The translations under genes and the position numbers were made by a program. A stretch of 57,389 nucleotides of DNA, filler included, from Sphacelaria rigidula (lineage: Eukaryota), in the NCBI GenBank assembly GCA_964200075.2. It is 7 parts of 7 records of this genome, joined end to end, with 100 filler letters (N's around TTAATTAATTAA, not from the genome) between each part and the next. Parts side by side here need not be neighbours in the genome. Positions count along the whole stretch, not along the records: positions 49,278 to 57,389 come from CAXNAA020012260.1; 6 more parts are not named here. One strand, given 5' to 3'. The notes beneath the pieces were generated by a model that was not told the DNA's origin, ran no database searches, and was given only the letters and a program-made list of their open reading frames with translations. This document shows positions 52,332 to 57,389 of the stretch, one piece after another. Position 1 is the stretch's first letter. Each line of letters starts with the position of its first letter.

Positions 52332-54735
52332 CTGGTATCTACCGGACACTTCATCGTCAAGCATTGAATGATAAGTACCATGAAGTGTACAGTATAGCTC
52401 GTTCCTTGACTTCAAAATTTTGATATTTTCGGGTTGGACTGAATCTTACCTACAAAAAACTAAACTAAACTATTTCACTACTGCTGTACTGTCTGTACCG
52501 ACCGAACTCCACGGTCGAATTGCCGGGACTCGAGCCGACAAAAATCAGAAGAGAACTTCGTCTCAGCTCAGCCGATCACGCTTCAGGAGGTATACTCAAT
52601 TTTTGTGTAGGTCATTACAATCGGATATTCAATGAGCTCGTAGCCAGAAGCGCTCGCCCGCCGTGAGCGCTGCGCGTTTTGGCTTTTCGATCAAATCCGG
52701 CGCCACAGTCGCTAATGTAGGCTTTCCCAGCGCACACCCTTCCGAGGGCATCCTCTGCACCCCCCCCCCCCCCCCGCCCCGCGAGCGCGCGTATCCGAGG
52801 GCCCTCGGTCTACCTCGCTTTTTGGTTTGGGTTCGCGCTGGGACTTGGGTTAGCCTTGGGGTTTGCCAATGTTCAACATGAGATTTCGGGGCCGAATGGG
52901 GAAACCAGCCCCGATGAAATCGGCCCAAAGCAGTGCTCATGTACTAAATGGGCGACCCGCGCGCAGCATCCGTCCACAGTTGCATACTCGTCGGTGGCTC
53001 GTCACATCTATTTTGTCTTCATCTCCTTTATACCAGAACTATCTCCTGTTCTACAGAGTTTCGGAAAGTGCTCTTGGAACTATAATAGTTACTGGGTGCA
53101 GAGGTGATGATCGACGTTACCCCCGTCCACGGTGTGTATCGGCAGCCATTGTAGAGTCATGTGCAGTATAGTTGATGTTTGTCTCAAGGGCGCCAGCAAC
53201 GTGTTGAACTTGACAGAACATAACGATAGTACACTGACGAACACCCCGACGATCATCATCTACTGCAGTAGGTTGGGGCCCAGCACCCAGTGTCATCCGT
53301 CCTTGTCGATAATTCGGAACAATATTTCAAGACCCCAACTCCGTTCCAACAGCGGACGCGCGTGTTGCAACGATTGAACATGAATCGTCACAACAGTCAC
53401 TTCAAAGTGAGGTGACTGTACTGATGACGTAGAGTACGGAAGAGTGTGGTAGTACAGTATACATGATGCAGTGTGTGCTGAAGATGATGCATTGACCGTG
53501 CACCGTCGCGCTCTTGTTTAGAGCGGGAAAATAAAGTGTGGCGAGTAAGGCGTCAGCCAGCGGAGCCGCGGGGCCTGTCACTTCATTTCTTAGTCTTCAT
53601 GTAGGGTGCGGGGTCGAGACCAAAGCGAACCTCAAAACTTGGACCTTTACACCACGCGTTACAGCTACAGGGTTCAATCCACATCCCTCCGTCGCATGCA
53701 CTGCATCGCTTCTACAAAACATGTTCAACGCGCACGTACTTACGAAAAGCACAATTATAACTGCTTCCCCGAATAACGGGAGTTCCCGGCAACACGTTTA
53801 TTGCACTTGTGGACTACTGTCGTCAGCAGAGGTGACCGTACCCAGCAACCAGCCGTAACAAAGCTAGGACAAAAAATGAAATATAAAAGCCTCGTGAAAA
53901 AACGTGCTGGAGGACCATGTGCGGTAGGACAGCCCAACAGAACGAGTTGATCTACACCGGAATGTACAACTGGCTGGAGGTAATGTCAGTTACACGTGCA
54001 CTGCCTGTCAGAATGTAGGGGTAACGGAGTGTGATAATCCACTGCCTGTTGTTGAATCCATCACCCCCAAATCGGAACGCTACAATAACGCAACCTGACT
54101 ACATGGGACGATCACAGAAGACAGGGCAATGCAACAAGGTCAACTGGAATCGCGTACATTTCATCGACCTGCGGAGCGCAGCTTTAGTGCCTAGGACAGG
54201 AAAGTAGAACGTCGCCTGTGTACCGTCTTTTGCGGGGGCCTTCAATGGATGCAGAAAGAAAGTCCCAACAGCCAAAAAGTATGTTCACTCACTGCAAGTC
54301 CTCTCAACCTTTTCATTTTCAGGACATGACAAGCCCGACATTACCATCAGAGGCTAATCTCCAATTTTGCGAGCCTCCATGAACACTCGTACCCAGCTCA
54401 ACTTGCGCAAGACACAGTACTGTCGCAATATTCACAGCGACGAGTCCCCTATTGTATTCCTCAATGAGGAATGCTGCCAAGCTTTTCATACATCCTGCCA
54501 TGTCCGGTGATGGTATGCAGAACATGCCCCTGTACCGTACTGCCCAAATGGCGGGCATGCACAACTGTTCAAGCAGCGGGACTAGTACAGTAGTGGGCAA
54601 ATATACTAATTTTAGAAAAGACGCCCCAAGTATTCGAGTCGATCTGCACACGCCGGAGAACAGTACACCATGGGGTGCAAGCACACACACAGCTCGTTGG
54701 ACACAAAGTCAACAGCACGTGCAGTACCAGCCCAC

Positions 54736-55006
54736 CTTCCAGCAAAGAAGCCACGCAGTCTTCATACAGCGTTCTCTGCTCGCAGTCCTTGGGGAAAGTG
54801 AAGTCAAACGTGAACGTGTTACGGCCGTCCCCGTGTTGCCGGCCCTCGTCCCCAACAAACAGCTGCTTTGAGTTTGGAATACAGCTCACACATTCGCCCA
54901 GGCGCTCGGTTTTCTCGAAACTCAACAGTGGACGTACACGCACGGCCACGCGTACGCTGCACCCAGCTGCTGCTGATGCCGGGGATATGGCTGTGGTTGG
55001 AGCCAT
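54736..55006 (-). CDS. Kinesin motor protein, first exon (possibly kinesin-4-like)
   Basis: MAPTT...SVRVAVRVRPLL..E...C......LFVG......FTFDFTF....Q..LYEDCVASLLEG, with donor GAAG|GTGGG. I did not find the P-loop exon in this contig. Confidence 0.88.
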
Positions 55007-56183
55007 TTCTCTTTTGTTGCGGTGATCTCACCCCTCCCTCCCCCCCCTTACCGTGTGTACGCTACGGAAACTACAGTACAGTAGTACAGAACGGCGCTCA
55101 TCGCTACCCAATATTCCCCTTCTCGCAAAAATTGGCCGTTGGTTGATGACAATCAATTCTGGAAGTCATTTTCCAACATTGCTACTAATATCCAATAAAT
55201 AGCACCGAGCTAGGGTGTAAAGTTGGTAGAAGTTAGACTATCCGATATATCTGAAGGGTTTTTTTTCGCCTCGAGCCGCGTGTCGTTTATTTGTTTCGGA
55301 TGTTACACATGATAAACGTCGAGAAGGGTATATCTTTAGCCCACCGCGGGTCGGATAATGAAAGATGGACCGAAATTTATTCACCCAACCGCGACGGTCC
55401 GTCACGCCCTGGTGCACGTCCCAGCAGGAGGATGCGGTTAATTGGCCAAGAAAGCTTCTAATTGGGGATATTCTGCAATTAGTGCGCTGTTGTCATGATC
55501 GCACGATTCCTGTAGGAATACAGCGTCTTTTGAACAGCGACTTCAACACAGCCGACACCCAGTGTCTCACCGTGGAGAGTGTCGTCAGCGGGTTCAACCG
55601 TCGTGTCGTATCCTGTTACCGTGTTGTGCCTATACTGTGCCGTGCTGTACTCTACAACTCTCTGTACAGTAGGTTTACCATTCAACGTTATCGAGAACGG
55701 AGATTTGCAGAGACATGGACAAGCAAGCGGGGTCGAACACGAAGAAGAAACGTAAACAACAAGAAGAGCTGGGCCCCATCCTGTCGGCGGTGAGATGAGT
55801 TTGTGCGGAGTAATAAAAAACTGAACCGAAATACCTTTTGGAAAGTTTACTGCACCCCAAATGTACATGTACTGCACCCCAAATGTACATGTGCAGAACG
55901 ACTGAAACGACTGCAGACTGCAAGTTCTTGCGCGCTTGTGCGCAGGGTACATGTTTCTTACGCTGTAGTGAGCTTCCCATTCTCGGGAACAACTTCTCTT
56001 CATTTCAGGTAAACTGGAGGTTATGATACAGCCTGCGATAAAGGTAGACAATTCTGGTACTGATAGGGCGGTTTAGCAGCCATCTGCACTCTCCAAATAT
56101 GGTATTATATGAATGTACACCGCTCCGGCTGGGCCCGTCAAATAGCCGTATTTGGACCAATTACATCGCTCCCACCGCCCCGC

Positions 56184-56260
56184 TTTTTTTTGTCGCACTT
56201 TGAACCCCTCCCCTTCCTCGTGAGGAGTCCGTGATCTCAAGGGATCATCCCATCTCTCCC
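56184..56260 (-). mobile_element. 3' fragment of SINE family B
   Basis: TTTTTTTTGTCGCACTTTGAACCCCTCCCCTTCCTCGTGAGGAGTCCGTGATCTC matches the reverse complement of ~12873-12926. Confidence 0.7.
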
Positions 56261-56307
56261 TCGGTACCGCTGCGATACCTTTACCATTAGAAACGAGAGA
56301 AGTGAGA

Positions 56308-57305
56308 GTCGCCTCGCAACAGTTTCACAGGCTGACAGTCCGGAGATATTCGGGGGTTTCCAGGGGGGGGGGGGGGATGATTTTCGGGGGAGGGGGTGGG
56401 GGGGGGGGGTCTGTCCGCAGAGCAGCCGGAAAGCTCACGAAGTCAACCATGTCTGTATGCAAGTTTCCCGCGGAAGATTCTAAGCCAGGAACGAGACCCG
56501 AAAGGCGTGGAATGACCATTCTGACCAATCGCGGCTGTCAAAATGGGAGGCTAGTTCACCGGCGTTGGGCTACAAATGTTCATGGTTGGCACAATTTTAC
56601 AAGTATCGTTACCCCTAACCCTAACCCCAACCCAACGCACACCGAGAACCCTCAGGCAAGGGCGATACATACATTTATATTCCCTAGACAAAATGAGGCC
56701 TTCGTAGACCCCAAGTCGGCGCCTGTGGCGCCGATTTCAACGAAAACGCGTTCTGGCACGCGAGGAACACACGGGTCTGTCAGCTCTACTAAAATTCCGA
56801 TCGTCGTTGTACACACTCAAATCAAGTAATATCAACCATAAACATTTGTAGCCCAACGCCAGTGAAATCTACTGCAAAATGGTCCCTTTGTTCCCCTACA
56901 GGCGGGACTACAGGCGGACTACGTCGCTGTCTATTAATAACCGGATTTCTCATTTTGGTCGTGCTAATCCAACCATTCATTACATGGACACAAATGATGT
57001 GCTTTGTACTCTGCTCGTGGTCTATGCCGCCTGCCGGACCCCTCGTGTGTTGCCAGTATAGCTTCACACTGTCTGTAGTGTTGTTGTGGAACACTAAGAG
57101 ACATCAGCAGCATGCAGTAGACTGTGTTCGGTAGAGAGCGATGGTACGCTTACTGCCTCTTGCCGTTGTGTCTAGTGAAAACATACAGCACACGTACTGA
57201 CTCTGCACGCAATAGGCGGTAGGGTCAACACTGGTCAGGGGTTATTCGGGACTATTTTCCACACCTGAATGGATGCCAAACATCCACATGTTCATGAAAA
57301 AGGCG

Positions 57306-57311
<6 letters not shown>
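56308..57311. repeat. Interspersed repeat family E, interrupted by a MITE
   Basis: Colinear with 7266-7882 apart from the insert at ~56552-56871. Confidence 0.75.
56552..56871. mobile_element. ~320-bp MITE with ~33-bp TIRs and an internal CCCTAA tract
   Basis: TTCACCGGCGTTGGGCTACAAATGTTCATGGTTG (56555) pairs with CAACCATAAACATTTGTAGCCCAACGCCAGTGAA (ends 56866), with 2 mismatches. It is absent from the contig-1 copy of family E. Confidence 0.8.
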
Positions 57312-57350
<39 letters not shown>

Positions 57351-57389
57351 GTCGTCCCTTCTATTCTGGACGCCAGTCTACACCTTTCG
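57309..57389 (-). mobile_element. (TG)n tail and 3' end of SINE family A
   Basis: (TG)n followed by TTGTCGTCCCTTCTATTCTGGACGCCAGTCTACACCTTTCG matches 4298-4343. Confidence 0.65.

Noticed and set aside
16573-55006. KIFBP and a kinesin as a functional cluster
   Set aside because: They are on different contigs joined only by length sorting.

Overview
This is eukaryotic nuclear DNA, not prokaryotic. A stramenopile, probably a brown alga, is my inference from the H3 signature FQGSAVL...GERS, short exons with kb-scale introns and dense short interspersed repeats. The window is not one locus: it is seven contigs (8114, 8113, 8113, 8113, 8112, 8112, 8112 bp) sorted by length and joined by artificial N44-TTAATTAATTAA-N44 linkers, so nothing can be inferred across a linker. 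Contig 1 holds a divergent intronless histone H3/H4 pair and a complete non-autonomous hAT-like element. Contig 2 holds a ~230-bp-arm inverted repeat, a decayed hAT transposase and an alpha/beta-hydrolase exon. Contig 3 holds 8 exons of a KIF-binding protein homologue, and contig 4 holds 4 exons of aspartyl-tRNA synthetase with one GC-AG intron. Contig 5 holds a class I SAM methyltransferase and an unknown, apparently frameshifted gene. Contig 6 holds the 3' part of a PUF60-like splicing factor, and contig 7 the first exon of a kinesin. tRNA-derived SINEs, MITEs and unclassified repeats recur across contigs. The best candidate for new biology is an identical 21-nt stem-loop (GGTGTT-TACTC-AACACC-ACC) 82-86 nt after both histone stop codons, followed by a purine-rich AAAAGA. 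This resembles a variant, with a 5-nt loop, of the metazoan poly(A)-independent histone mRNA 3'-end signal. All alignments and family assignments were made by eye.
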